Positions 1 through 8,893 of a DNA stretch of 25,369 bases are shown in pieces (positions within the stretch are counted from its first letter, which is position 1; each line of letters starts with the position of its first letter). Position numbers and translations under genes: made by a program. The notes below the pieces were generated by a model, which was given only the letters and a program-made list of their open reading frames with translations, made no database searches and was not told the origin of the DNA. The DNA comes from a virus (lineage: Duplodnaviria; Caudoviricetes): positions 1 to 25,369 of the IMG/VR virus record IMGVR_UViG_3300044878_000140; one strand, given 5' to 3'.

Positions 1-132
1 GACGTCAAGGTCCAGGAGGAAGTCGTCAGGATCAAGGACGAGTTCGGCCTCGCCCCGCTCGCGGACCCGGGAACGTTCGGGACCGACGGGGCAGGCATCG
101 CACCCCAGACGGCCCCAACCTTCAGCGGATAG
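1..132 (+). CDS. Portal protein, C-terminal fragment (partial)
   Basis: Frame 1 is open from base 1 (DVKVQEEVVRIKDEFG...) to TAG at 130-132. The 'EEVxRI' tail is typical of SPP1/A118-type portals, and it lies directly upstream of the minor capsid gene. Confidence 0.75.
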   Translation, partial: DVKVQEEVVRIKDEFGLAPLADPGTFGTDGAGIAPQTAPTFSG

Positions 133-141
133 GATTCCCCC

Positions 142-1224
142 ATGGCGATCCGCCCGGACGATGCCGCAGTGCTGGCCAAGGACCTCCGCGAACTCTACGC
201 GGAGGCCGAAACCACGCTGCTGCAGCGCATCGCCCGGGCCCTCGCCAAGGGAGCGGACGCGCCCGACTGGGCGGAGACGAAGCTCCTCGGCATCCAGGCA
301 CTCTCCCGGCAGGTCGAGTCCATCCTCGCCGACCTCGCCGCGAACGTGCCCGGGGCTGTGGAGCGCGCCGTGGGGCTCGCGTACAACCGGGGCATCGCGA
401 CAGCCGGGACCGAACTGACCGCCGCCGGGCTCGTGCATGGCGCGTTCGGGGAAGTCCAGCCCACCGGCGCGGCCGCCGCGATCATCTCCGAAACCACGGC
501 ACGGCTCACCCCCATGTCCTTCCAGATCCGCCGTGCCACCATGGACGTCTACCAGCAGGTCGTGACCCGCGTGATCGCCCAGACCGCGCTCGGGACGATG
601 ACCCGCCGGGAAGCGTCCGGGCAGATCCTCACCCGCCTGGCCGCACAAGGCGTGACCGGGTTCCGCGACGTCGCCGGCCGCAACTGGAACATGGCGAGCT
701 ACGCGGAGATGGCCGCGAGGTCCGCGACCTCCAACGCCATGCTCCAAGGCCACACCGACCGCATCCAGGAACTCGGGATCGACACGGTCATCGTGTCCAA
801 CGCCCCGGAAGAATGCAAGATCTGCCGCCCCTACGAGGGCAAGGTCCTCAGTCTCTCGGGACGCACGACCGGGCGCCTCAAAGATGGCAAGACGGTCGTC
901 GCGTCACTGGCGCAGGCCAAGGCTGACGGGCTCTTCCACAACAACTGCCGCCACTCCCACTCGATCTACCTTCCCGGCATCACCAAAGGCCCCGGCACGG
1001 ACCTCGCAGACCCTGCTGGTGACGCGCTCCGGCAGCAACAGCGCGCCTACGAGCGCCGGGTCCGGGAACTCAAACGCCAGGACGCGATCGCCTCCGAGTT
1101 CGGCGGCCCGGCCGCGACGCAGGCCCGCGCCAAGCTCCGCGCCAAGCAGGCCGAGTTCAAGGGCTGGCGGGATGAGAATGACCGCAAAGACCTCGCCTAC
1201 CGGACAAGCCTGAAAGTCCGCTAG
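142..1224 (+). CDS. Phage minor capsid protein (MuF-like / Phage_min_cap2)
   Basis: 360 aa with GRNWNMASYAEMAARS, CxxC (ECKIC) and GLFHNNCRH motifs; positioned between portal and scaffold. Confidence 0.85.
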   Translation: MAIRPDDAAVLAKDLRELYAEAETTLLQRIARALAKGADAPDWAETKLLGIQALSRQVESILADLAANVPGAVERAVGLAYNRGIATAGTELTAAGLVHGAFGEVQPTGAAAAIISETTARLTPMSFQIRRATMDVYQQVVTRVIAQTALGTMTRREASGQILTRLAAQGVTGFRDVAGRNWNMASYAEMAARSATSNAMLQGHTDRIQELGIDTVIVSNAPEECKICRPYEGKVLSLSGRTTGRLKDGKTVVASLAQAKADGLFHNNCRHSHSIYLPGITKGPGTDLADPAGDALRQQQRAYERRVRELKRQDAIASEFGGPAATQARAKLRAKQAEFKGWRDENDRKDLAYRTSLKVR

Positions 1225-1242
1225 ACCACCTCACCACCCATC

Positions 1243-1269
1243 AAGCCACTGCCCACGCGGTGGCTTTTT
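1243..1269 (+). terminator. Intrinsic terminator-like hairpin
   Basis: AAGCCACTGC-CCAC-GCGGTGGCTT stem-loop running into a T tract (1265-1269). Confidence 0.65.
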
Positions 1270-1290
1270 CTATGCCACTTGGAGGGCACC

Positions 1291-1986
1291 ATGAGCAAGA
1301 AACGCACGATTCACGGTATCGACCCGACCGCCCCCGGTGGCATCGAGGCGCTGCTCGCCCATCACCGGCTGACCTTCGGGGACGCCGTCATGGAAGCAGG
1401 CGCCGGAGACGGTGGCGATCCCGCACCCGCTGGCGATCCTTCCCCGGCCGCAGACCCGGCACCCAAGGGCGATCCCGCCCCGGAGCCCAAGGCCTCCGAA
1501 TGGGACGGCAAGGTCGAATCCCTGCCCGCCGAAGCGCAGAAGATCATCGCCGACCTCCGCAAGGGAGCCGGTGACGAACGCGTCGCCGCGAAGACCCTCG
1601 CCGCGATCCAGGCCGCGCTGAACCCCGACGCGAAAGCCGGGGACAAGCCCGACGCCGCGGCGCTCACGAAGGCCCTCAGCGAACGGGACGCCGACGCGAA
1701 GCAGGCCAAGACCGAACTCGCCGTCTTCCGCCTCGCCGCCAAACAGGGCGCCGACGCCGACGCCCTCCTAGATTCCCGCGCCTTCCTGGCGAAGATCGCG
1801 GAACTCGACCCGTCCAAGACCGCCGACATTGAAAAGGCGATCAAGGACGCGGTCACTGCTAACCCGAAACTCAAGACGGTCCTGGCGGCCGGCGCGAGTG
1901 GCGCGAACTTCTCCGGCGGGTCCGGGGAGAGCGCAAAAACACCCACCACCCTCGCGGGTGCCGTAGCCAACCACTACCGCACCTAA
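1291..1986 (+). CDS. Capsid scaffolding protein
   Basis: GGAGGG SD before ATG 1291; Pro/Asp-rich DPAP repeats, an Ala/Lys-rich helical core and C-terminal 'NPKLK...SGANFSGG'; immediately precedes the major capsid gene. Confidence 0.85.
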   Translation: MSKKRTIHGIDPTAPGGIEALLAHHRLTFGDAVMEAGAGDGGDPAPAGDPSPAADPAPKGDPAPEPKASEWDGKVESLPAEAQKIIADLRKGAGDERVAAKTLAAIQAALNPDAKAGDKPDAAALTKALSERDADAKQAKTELAVFRLAAKQGADADALLDSRAFLAKIAELDPSKTADIEKAIKDAVTANPKLKTVLAAGASGANFSGGSGESAKTPTTLAGAVANHYRT

Positions 1987-2004
1987 ACCGCTTAGGAGAA
2001 CACC

Positions 2005-2982
2005 ATGGCGATTACCCTCGCTGAAGCAAAGCTCAACGCCCAGACCGACCTCGACGTCTCCGTCATCGACGAGTTCCGGACCAACCCGATCCTCGACCTC
2101 ATCACCTTCGATGACGCCGTGAACCCGGCCGGCGGCGGCGCGACGATGACCTACGGTTACCGGCGCCTCCTGACCGCACCGACGGCCTCGACCCGTGCGA
2201 TCAACTCCGAGTACTCGGCGCAGTCGGTTACGACCGAGCAGAAGACCGTGAACCTCGGCGTTCTCGGTGGCAGCTTCGACGTCGACCGTGTCGTGGCGAA
2301 GATCGGCCCGTCCGCGTCCGGCGCGGTGGCCCTGAACATGTCCCAGAAGATCAAGGCCACCCAGGCCCTGTTCGGGGACCTCGTCATCAACGGTGACACC
2401 GCCGTGGACGCGAACGGCTTCGACGGCCTCGCCAAGGCCCTCGTCGGCACCTCCACGGAGGACACGGCCGTGCACGACTGGACCGGTGTGCTGGACCAGG
2501 CGAAGGCGTTCGCGATCCTCACGGACGTGGACAACCTGCTTTCCCTGCTCGACGGCGCGGCCGGCGGCCTGATCGGCAACCGCAAGGTCCTGTCCCTGAT
2601 CAAGGCGGCTTCCCGTTTCGCAAACCAGTACGTGGAGCACGTCGGCCCCCGCAACACGGCCCTCGTGTCCTACGCCGGCGCCACCCTGATCGACGCCGGC
2701 CTGAAGTCCGGTTCGGCCTCGGACGTCATCCCGGTCAACGTCACGGACCCGGACTCCGCCGGCCCGCTGGTCGCCGGTTCCACCGCCCTGTACGCGGTGC
2801 GCTTCGGCCTGGACGGCTTCCACGGCGTGTCCACCGCTGGCGGTTCGCTGGTCAGCACCTGGCTGCCGGACTTCTCCACCCCGGGCGCGGTGAAGAAGGG
2901 CGAGGTTGAACTCGGCCCGGTCGCCGTCGCGCTGAAGGCCACGAAGGCCGCCGCGGTCGCGAAGAACATCAAGGTCCAGTAG
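2005..2982 (+). CDS. Major capsid protein
   Basis: 325 aa; MAITLAEAK start, GGSFDVDRV and INGD...FDGL motifs; AGGAG SD; strong codon bias. Confidence 0.92.
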   Translation: MAITLAEAKLNAQTDLDVSVIDEFRTNPILDLITFDDAVNPAGGGATMTYGYRRLLTAPTASTRAINSEYSAQSVTTEQKTVNLGVLGGSFDVDRVVAKIGPSASGAVALNMSQKIKATQALFGDLVINGDTAVDANGFDGLAKALVGTSTEDTAVHDWTGVLDQAKAFAILTDVDNLLSLLDGAAGGLIGNRKVLSLIKAASRFANQYVEHVGPRNTALVSYAGATLIDAGLKSGSASDVIPVNVTDPDSAGPLVAGSTALYAVRFGLDGFHGVSTAGGSLVSTWLPDFSTPGAVKKGEVELGPVAVALKATKAAAVAKNIKVQ

Positions 2983-2988
2983 TACCCC

Positions 2989-3025
2989 TTGCGCGCACCC
3001 CTGCCCCGGGTGGGGGTGCGCGCAA
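2989..3025 (+). promoter_or_regulatory. Strong stem-loop after capsid gene (mRNA stabiliser or attenuator)
   Basis: TTGCGCGCACCCC...GGGGTGCGCGCAA 13-bp perfect arms; no U tract. Confidence 0.6.
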
Positions 3026-3047
3026 CCCCAACACTTTAGGAGCCACC

Positions 3048-3335
3048 ATGGCGAAGATCACCGCCCCCGAAAAGGACTTCAACGGCGACATCGCCGGGGT
3101 CCAGTTCACCCACGGGTCCGCCGACACCGATAACGAAGCCGTCATCAGCTACTGCGCCGGCGCCGGGTACACGGTCGAACTCGACGAACTGCCCGAGCCT
3201 GACCCGGAAGATCCCGAGCGCGAGCCTCAGCCCCCCGCTGACAACGAGCACGTCGCACCCGACGCCGAACTGTTCCCGGAACCCGAAGCCGAGCCAGTAG
3301 CGCCCAAACCGCGCCGCAACGCCAAGCCCGAATAA
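3048..3335 (+). CDS. Small acidic virion-associated hypothetical protein
   Basis: AGGAG SD; 95 aa with a Pro/Glu-rich C-terminus; common position right after the capsid gene. Confidence 0.7.
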   Translation: MAKITAPEKDFNGDIAGVQFTHGSADTDNEAVISYCAGAGYTVELDELPEPDPEDPEREPQPPADNEHVAPDAELFPEPEAEPVAPKPRRNAKPE

Positions 3336-3352
3336 CCGACAGGAGGCCCGCA

Positions 3353-3772
3353 GTGCGCATCTACGCGACCACGGAGGAACTGGCCGTCTGGCTGACCCCC
3401 GAACCGTCACCGGCTAACGCTGCGGCCCTCCTGCGGTCCGCTTCCGGGCTGATCAGGTCCGAAACGAAGACCGCGATCTACCCGACCGACACCGACGGCT
3501 ACCCCACCAACACCGCCACCCGGGACGCGTTCCGGTCCGCGGCGTGCGCCCAGGCGAAATTCTGGGCAGACCACGGCATCAACCCCTCCCTCGGCGCGGC
3601 CGGCGTCGCCCCGCAGGCGGCCTCCAAGTCCATCGGCGGGGCCTCCATCCAATACTCGACCTACGTGTCCACTGCGGAGGCGCGGGCCAACGCGGCCGGC
3701 ACCCTCGGCCCGGACGCCTGGTACATCCTCGCCGACGCCGGACTCCTCGGCGGCTCGGTGGTGCTGCTGTGA
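3353..3772 (+). CDS. Head-to-tail adaptor (SPP1 gp15-like)
   Basis: AGGAGG SD, GTG start; 'IYATxEEL...LLxxAS..I', 'AACAQA' and 'SKSIGGASIQY...L..AGLL' pattern. Confidence 0.8.
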   Translation: MRIYATTEELAVWLTPEPSPANAAALLRSASGLIRSETKTAIYPTDTDGYPTNTATRDAFRSAACAQAKFWADHGINPSLGAAGVAPQAASKSIGGASIQYSTYVSTAEARANAAGTLGPDAWYILADAGLLGGSVVLL

Positions 3773-4089
3773 AGGGCTTCGAGGAGTTCATGGTCCACGA
3801 GGTGACGGTCGAGACGAAGACGGGCGAGGATTCCTGGGGCAACACCAACGCCACCGTCACGGACCCGATCGCCGGGTTCTTCGACGAGAAACGCCAGCTT
3901 GTCCGGTCCATGTCCGGGGATCAGGTGGTGTCCGAGTCGACGTTCTACACCGGCACGGAACACGAGGCGGCCTTCGCCCCGGAATCACTCGTCCACTACC
4001 GCGACCGGATCTCCACCGTGATCGGCTGCGCCCGCGCCGACTCCGGCCCGCTCGGACTCCCGGACCACATCGCCGTCACGCTGACATAG
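3769..4089 (+). CDS. Head-to-tail stopper
   Basis: GTGA overlap with the upstream stop; 106 aa with 'G.DSWGN', 'LVRSMSGDQVVS' and 'LPDH' motifs; synteny. Confidence 0.75.
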   Translation: MKGFEEFMVHEVTVETKTGEDSWGNTNATVTDPIAGFFDEKRQLVRSMSGDQVVSESTFYTGTEHEAAFAPESLVHYRDRISTVIGCARADSGPLGLPDHIAVTLT

Positions 4090-4091
4090 CC

Positions 4092-4439
4092 ATGGGCAGG
4101 CAGTGGAAGTACAAGCCCAACAAGAACGTCATCACCGGCGTCAAGAAGGCGTCCTCCCGCGGGCTCACCCTCGCCGCCGAGCACATCCTCGGGGTCGCCA
4201 AGAGCCAGGTCCCCATCGAGGAGCACACCCTCGAAGAGTCAGGGTTCACCTCAACCGCCGGCGTGAAGGCGCTGCGGGCCGCCGTCTCGTTCGACACCCC
4301 CTACGCGGTGAAGCAGCACGAGGATATGCACGCCAAGCACGACTCCGGCCGCAACGCCAAGTACCTCGAGAACGCGTTCAACTCCGAACAGGACGCCGTG
4401 AAGCAGATCATCGCCAAGGAACTCCGAGGGGAGCTGTAA
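4092..4439 (+). CDS. Neck / tail-completion protein (HK97 gp10-like)
   Basis: 'VPIEEHTLEES', 'FDTPYAVKQHE' and 'AKYLE' motifs. Confidence 0.8.
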   Translation: MGRQWKYKPNKNVITGVKKASSRGLTLAAEHILGVAKSQVPIEEHTLEESGFTSTAGVKALRAAVSFDTPYAVKQHEDMHAKHDSGRNAKYLENAFNSEQDAVKQIIAKELRGEL

Positions 4440-4868
4440 ATGGGCTTCACCACCAGCCTCGTAACCGGCCTCGCCGAACTGCTGGACACCGCGGGCGCCG
4501 GCACCTGGGGCGGGCAGTTCACCGCCACGGACACCGCCATCGTCGCCGACTCCCTGCCGGCCACCCCGGACAAGGGCATCGCCCTGACCCTGTACGACGT
4601 CGAACACACCGCCGGGACCGACTCCGTCATGGGCCTGCAGTGCCGGGTCCGCGGCACCCCGAACAACCGGACCGCGGCCAAGGACATCCTGGACGCGATC
4701 CACGACGCCCTCCACGGGCTGGAGCACGCCACCATCGGCGTTATCCCCGTCGTGCGGATCTGGTGGCAGTCCGGCGCGAACCTCGGCCCCGACAGCCTGA
4801 ACCGCCCCGAACACACCGCCAACTACTACCTGCAACTCACCCGCACCGGCACGCACCGGAACGACTAA
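4440..4868 (+). CDS. Tail terminator protein
   Basis: 142 aa; 'LQCRVRG' and 'LGPD..NRPEHTANY' motifs; precedes the major tail gene. Confidence 0.8.
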   Translation: MGFTTSLVTGLAELLDTAGAGTWGGQFTATDTAIVADSLPATPDKGIALTLYDVEHTAGTDSVMGLQCRVRGTPNNRTAAKDILDAIHDALHGLEHATIGVIPVVRIWWQSGANLGPDSLNRPEHTANYYLQLTRTGTHRND

Positions 4869-4878
4869 GGAGAACATC

Positions 4879-5343
4879 ATGGCCGAACTCACCCCCGGCG
4901 TCGTCGGCGACTGGAAGCTCGAAGTAGCTGCCTACACGACCGGCGCCGCCCCCACCACCTGGATCCCGGTCCTCGGTATCACCGAGTTCACCCCGCCCGC
5001 GGTGGAGAAGAACCTCGAGGACGACTCGAGCTTCGACTCGGACGGCTGGGGCTCGCAGCTTGCGACCGGCCTGGCGTGGACGGTGGAGGGTACCGTCAAG
5101 CGGGCCCGCGCCTCGCTGACCGAAGATCCGGGCCAGGCGATCCTGAAGGCCGCCGGCAACGGCATCGCCGAGGACGGGTTCGTGCACATCCGCATCACGG
5201 ACCGGACCAAGCCCACAGCGGGCCGGACCGGTATCGCCGACGCGACGTTCACGGACAACGGCGGCCCCCGGACGGACATCACCACGGCGGCGTTCACCCT
5301 CACCGGCCGCGGCGCCCTCGCGGACGTCGTCATCACCCCGTAA
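4879..5343 (+). CDS. Major tail protein
   Basis: AAGGAG SD; 'DDSSFDSDGW', 'DPGQ' and 'FTLTGRG' motifs of actinophage tail tubes. Confidence 0.88.
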   Translation: MAELTPGVVGDWKLEVAAYTTGAAPTTWIPVLGITEFTPPAVEKNLEDDSSFDSDGWGSQLATGLAWTVEGTVKRARASLTEDPGQAILKAAGNGIAEDGFVHIRITDRTKPTAGRTGIADATFTDNGGPRTDITTAAFTLTGRGALADVVITP

Positions 5344-5354
5344 CCCCCTCTACT

Positions 5355-5388
5355 CGCGGCCGCCCGTTTCCAAGGGCGGGCGGTCGCG
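5355..5388 (+). promoter_or_regulatory. 12-bp stem-loop between major tail and chaperone genes
   Basis: 5355-5366 pairs with 5377-5388 (one G-U pair); loop TTTCCAAGGG. Confidence 0.7.
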
Positions 5389-5429
5389 GTTCCACCCTTG
5401 GACCTTGGACCTGAACCTTGGAGAACCAT

Positions 5430-5930
5430 ATGGCACTAAAAGACTTGCGGGCCGCCCTGACCGGCACCCTGAAACTTCCCATCGGCGGCACCGTGTACGA
5501 GGTGCCCCCGATCAGCGCCGAACTCGGCCTCCGCTTCCAGGACCTCATGGCGATCGCCGCGAAGGCCAAGAAAGCCCAGGACGCCGCAACCCAGTACACC
5601 CCGGACGACGCGGACACCGAAGTCATGAACGACGCCGGCGAACGAGACCTCTACCGCGAAGCCCTCGGCCCCGTCTACGAGCAGATGATCGCCGACGGGG
5701 TGACCTTCGCCGAACTGAAGCTCGCCTCCCTGTACGTGATGTTCCACGCCATCTACGGCGACACCTTCGCTGACGCCTATTGGGCGTCGGGGGGAAAAGC
5801 ACCAGCGCCGAATCGGGCGGCGCGCCGAACGGGGACCCGGACGCGTACGGCCGCGGCGCCTACGACGAAGAAACGGGCCTCTCGGAGTGGTACGACTACC
5901 CCGAAGGGCACACCGAAAACGGGGGCCTGA
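5430..5930 (+). CDS. Tail assembly chaperone (short form, lambda gpG equivalent)
   Basis: GGAG SD, ATG 5430; lies between major tail and tape measure; NRAARR motif follows the slippery site. Confidence 0.88.
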   Translation: MALKDLRAALTGTLKLPIGGTVYEVPPISAELGLRFQDLMAIAAKAKKAQDAATQYTPDDADTEVMNDAGERDLYREALGPVYEQMIADGVTFAELKLASLYVMFHAIYGDTFADAYWASGGKAPAPNRAARRTGTRTRTAAAPTTKKRASRSGTTTPKGTPKTGA

Positions 5931-6160
5931 CGTGGGCGAAGATCCTCACCCACTGGAACCTCATCGAGGCTGACCTGCAGGACGCCGGAATCGACACCGG
6001 CTCCGGCATCCTCGCCGTGCGGTCCTGGCGGTGGCTGGCGGTCCGTATTACCGCGCTGCTCGCCAAGCCCCCTGGGACCATCACCGAGGACGGCAGGGCC
6101 ATCCCCTCCACCCGCCTCGGCATGGCCCTGCACCCGCCCGGGCCGCCCCGCAAACGCTAA
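5430..6160 (+). CDS. Tail assembly chaperone (long -1 frameshift form, gpGT equivalent, about 243 aa)
   Basis: In-frame slippery G GGA AAA at 5792-5798; the -1 frame is open to TAA 6160 with 'W..IEADL' and 'SWRWL.VRI..LL' motifs. Confidence 0.85.
5792..5798 (+). promoter_or_regulatory. Programmed -1 ribosomal frameshift site GGGAAAA
   Basis: X XXY YYZ heptamer in the correct phase (Gly-Lys codons). Confidence 0.85.
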
Positions 6161-6181
6161 CCAAATACAGGAGGCCCCACC

Positions 6182-8137
6182 GTGGCATTGAACATCGGCG
6201 AACTGGTGGGGTATCTGGACCTTGACGCGGGCCCCTTCGAGAAGGGCATCGGCAAGGCCTTCGACTCCATGGGCTCGAAGAAGTGGCAGGTTGCCGGCGC
6301 CGCCGCTGGTGTGGCCGCCGGCACCGCGATCCTCTCCGGGATGATGTCCTCGATGGAGACGGAGAAGCTGAACAACAAGATGGCCGCCTCCCTCGGCCTG
6401 ACCAAGACCCAGGCCGCGACCGCGGGCAAGGCCGCCGGGCAGCTCTACGCAGACAACTACGGCTCCTCCATGGAGGACGTGACCGGGGCTACCGAGTCCG
6501 TCATGTCCTCGATCAAGGGGATGCGGACCGCCTCGCAGGCCGACATCCAGGCCGTCACGAAGGACGTGCTGAACCTGTCCAGCGCGTTCGAGATCGACGC
6601 CGGCCGGGCCGCGCAGGTCGCGGGCCAGATGATCACCTCAGGGATCGCCACGGACGCGACGAACGCCGCGGACCTGCTCGCCGGAACCCTGTCGAAGGTG
6701 CCCAAGAACGTCCGCGAGGACATCATGGACGCCGTCGACGAATACGGCCCCTTCATGAATACCCTCGGCATGAAGGGCGAGGAAGCCATGGGCATCCTCG
6801 CGAACGCCTCCAAAAAAGGCATGTACGGGATCGACAAGACCGGCGATGCGCTCAAGGAATTCACCATCCGGGCCACCGACATGTCGACCGCCTCCAAGGT
6901 TGGCTACGACTCCCTCGGCATGAGCCAGGAGAAGATGTCCGCGAAGCTCCTCGCCGGCGGGGACAGCGCCAAGCAGGCCTTCAACGACATCATCCAGGGG
7001 CTCTCGAGCATGAAGGACCCGGTCAAGCAATCCCAGGCGGCCCTCGCCCTGTTCGGCACCCCGCTCGAAGACCTGTCCGTGACCGAGATCCCGAACTTCC
7101 TCAACGCCATCGACCCCATGGGGGATAAGTTCGACTCGCTCAAGGGCAAGGCCGGGGAGCTCGACACCACCCTCGGCGCCGGGGCATCCAACGGGTGGAC
7201 CAAATTCCAGCGGGCCGGGGAAACCTCCCTCGCCGCCATCGGCGCGCAGGTCCTCCCCGTCCTGACACCCATCGTGGAGAAAATGACCGAATGGGCGCCC
7301 GTGCTCGGGCCCCTCGTCATCGCCCTGGGCGCGTTCGCCGCGATCATGTGGGTAGTCAACGCCGCCATGGCCGCCAACCCGATCACGTGGATCATCCTCG
7401 GCATCATGCTCCTCATCGCCGCGATCGTGCTGTTGGTCATGAACTGGTCAACGGTGGTGGACTTCCTCACTGTCGTGTGGGGCGGGTTCGTCAACTGGAT
7501 CAAGTCCGTCATGGACGGCTTCCTCGTCTGGTGGGGCACGGTCTGGGACGGGTTCCTCGGCTTCCTCTCCGACACGTGGAACAACGCCGGCAAGGGGATC
7601 TCCGACTTTGTCGGCAGCATCGGCACGTTCTTCGCCGAGATCCCGGGCAACGTCCAGAAGGCCCTCGCCGACGCCGGCACATGGCTGTTCGACGCCGGCA
7701 AGAATATCGTCCAGGGCCTGTTCGACGGCATCAAGTCCCTCGCCGGGACCATCGGCAACTTCTTCCTCTCCCTGCTCCCGGGCTGGATTGTGGAGCCGTT
7801 CAAGCTCGCCCTCGACATCCACTCCCCCTCCCGGGTGTTCCGCAAGCTCGGCCGCCAGATCCCCGCCGGGCTCATGCTCGGCGTGGAGGACGGCCAGCCC
7901 GCGATTGACGGGACCATGGCCGGGCTCGTGAACCTTCCCCCGGTCCCTGCCGTCTCGGCCCCCGCCTACGGTGTCCGCACCGGCGGCATAGCGCCCGGCG
8001 CTACCGGCTCCGCCCCGGCATCCTCCGGATTCGTCCAGAACAACTACATCAACGAAGCGTCCAACACGGACGAGATCGTGCAGAAGGTCTGGACGAAATT
8101 CCAGTACAAGATGAGGGAGGGCGGCGTCCGTGTCTGA
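6182..8137 (+). CDS. Tape measure protein
   Basis: 651 aa; Ala/Gly-rich; 'IDKTGDALKEFTIR' core, hydrophobic ANPI segment, periodic Trp/Phe and HSPSRVF motif. Confidence 0.93.
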   Translation: MALNIGELVGYLDLDAGPFEKGIGKAFDSMGSKKWQVAGAAAGVAAGTAILSGMMSSMETEKLNNKMAASLGLTKTQAATAGKAAGQLYADNYGSSMEDVTGATESVMSSIKGMRTASQADIQAVTKDVLNLSSAFEIDAGRAAQVAGQMITSGIATDATNAADLLAGTLSKVPKNVREDIMDAVDEYGPFMNTLGMKGEEAMGILANASKKGMYGIDKTGDALKEFTIRATDMSTASKVGYDSLGMSQEKMSAKLLAGGDSAKQAFNDIIQGLSSMKDPVKQSQAALALFGTPLEDLSVTEIPNFLNAIDPMGDKFDSLKGKAGELDTTLGAGASNGWTKFQRAGETSLAAIGAQVLPVLTPIVEKMTEWAPVLGPLVIALGAFAAIMWVVNAAMAANPITWIILGIMLLIAAIVLLVMNWSTVVDFLTVVWGGFVNWIKSVMDGFLVWWGTVWDGFLGFLSDTWNNAGKGISDFVGSIGTFFAEIPGNVQKALADAGTWLFDAGKNIVQGLFDGIKSLAGTIGNFFLSLLPGWIVEPFKLALDIHSPSRVFRKLGRQIPAGLMLGVEDGQPAIDGTMAGLVNLPPVPAVSAPAYGVRTGGIAPGATGSAPASSGFVQNNYINEASNTDEIVQKVWTKFQYKMREGGVRV

Positions 8138-8885
8138 GAACAAAAGCGTGACCCTCAACGGCCAGGCCCTCCATGGCGTGGACAGCTTCGGGCACTTCCT
8201 GACCACCCAGTTGGAGGGCTATTTCGACTCGGCCCCGCCCAAGCTGCAGGACACGGCCAGGGAGTGGCAGGACGGCGACTATGACCTGCCCGTCCGGTAC
8301 GGGTCCCGCCCGGTGACCATCGGCGGGCGGGTGATCTGCGCATCGGAGTCCGCGGCCGTGCAGGCACGGAACCGGCTGGCCGGGCTCGTGCAGGGCAAGG
8401 TCCGTTTGCAGGTCATGGATCAGGGCGAGGCGACATGGGCGGATGTGAAGCTCACCGAACCGGCGTCGGTCAAACGCACCGGGCGGATAGTGCGTTTCCA
8501 GTACCACCTCAAGGCCCCGGATGCGCGCCGGTACGGGAACACGCAGGTCCTCGCCGTCGCCACCGGCTCCCCGATCGGCGTCTCGCACCGCGGCACCTAT
8601 AACGCGACCCCGTCCTTCATCGTCCGCGGCGACATGCCCGGCGGGTGGACCCTCACCGTCGACGGCTGGGACTACACGGTCACCCGGGCGCTCGTCACGG
8701 GCGCACCGCACCGGGTGGATTACAACAACGGCCGCCTGTACGTGAACGGGACACTGACCCAGGGGAACCTGGGGAACACGAACAGGACCCCGATCCCGCC
8801 AGGCATCACCGTCGGCGTCGGGCTCTACCCGGTCACCACCGGATCCGGATCCGCGGACATGACCATCACCGACACCTTTATCTAG
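8130..8885 (+). CDS. Minor tail protein (distal tail, Dit-like)
   Basis: First gene after the tape measure; 'YGSRPVTIGG', 'LKAPDARRYG' and 'HRGT..ATP' motifs. Confidence 0.8.
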   Translation: MSENKSVTLNGQALHGVDSFGHFLTTQLEGYFDSAPPKLQDTAREWQDGDYDLPVRYGSRPVTIGGRVICASESAAVQARNRLAGLVQGKVRLQVMDQGEATWADVKLTEPASVKRTGRIVRFQYHLKAPDARRYGNTQVLAVATGSPIGVSHRGTYNATPSFIVRGDMPGGWTLTVDGWDYTVTRALVTGAPHRVDYNNGRLYVNGTLTQGNLGNTNRTPIPPGITVGVGLYPVTTGSGSADMTITDTFI

Positions 8886-8893
8886 GAGGCACC

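Noticed and set aside
1768-8206. Long antisense and alternate-frame ORFs (e.g. 1768-2823, 4103-4927, 6283-7128, 6904-7917, 7448-8206)
   Set aside because: Expected shadows of high-GC3 genes; no motifs or SD sites, and they fully overlap well-supported genes.
8645-8893. Upstream extension of the 440-aa minor tail ORF
   Set aside because: It overlaps the Dit-like gene; a strong SD supports ATG 8894.
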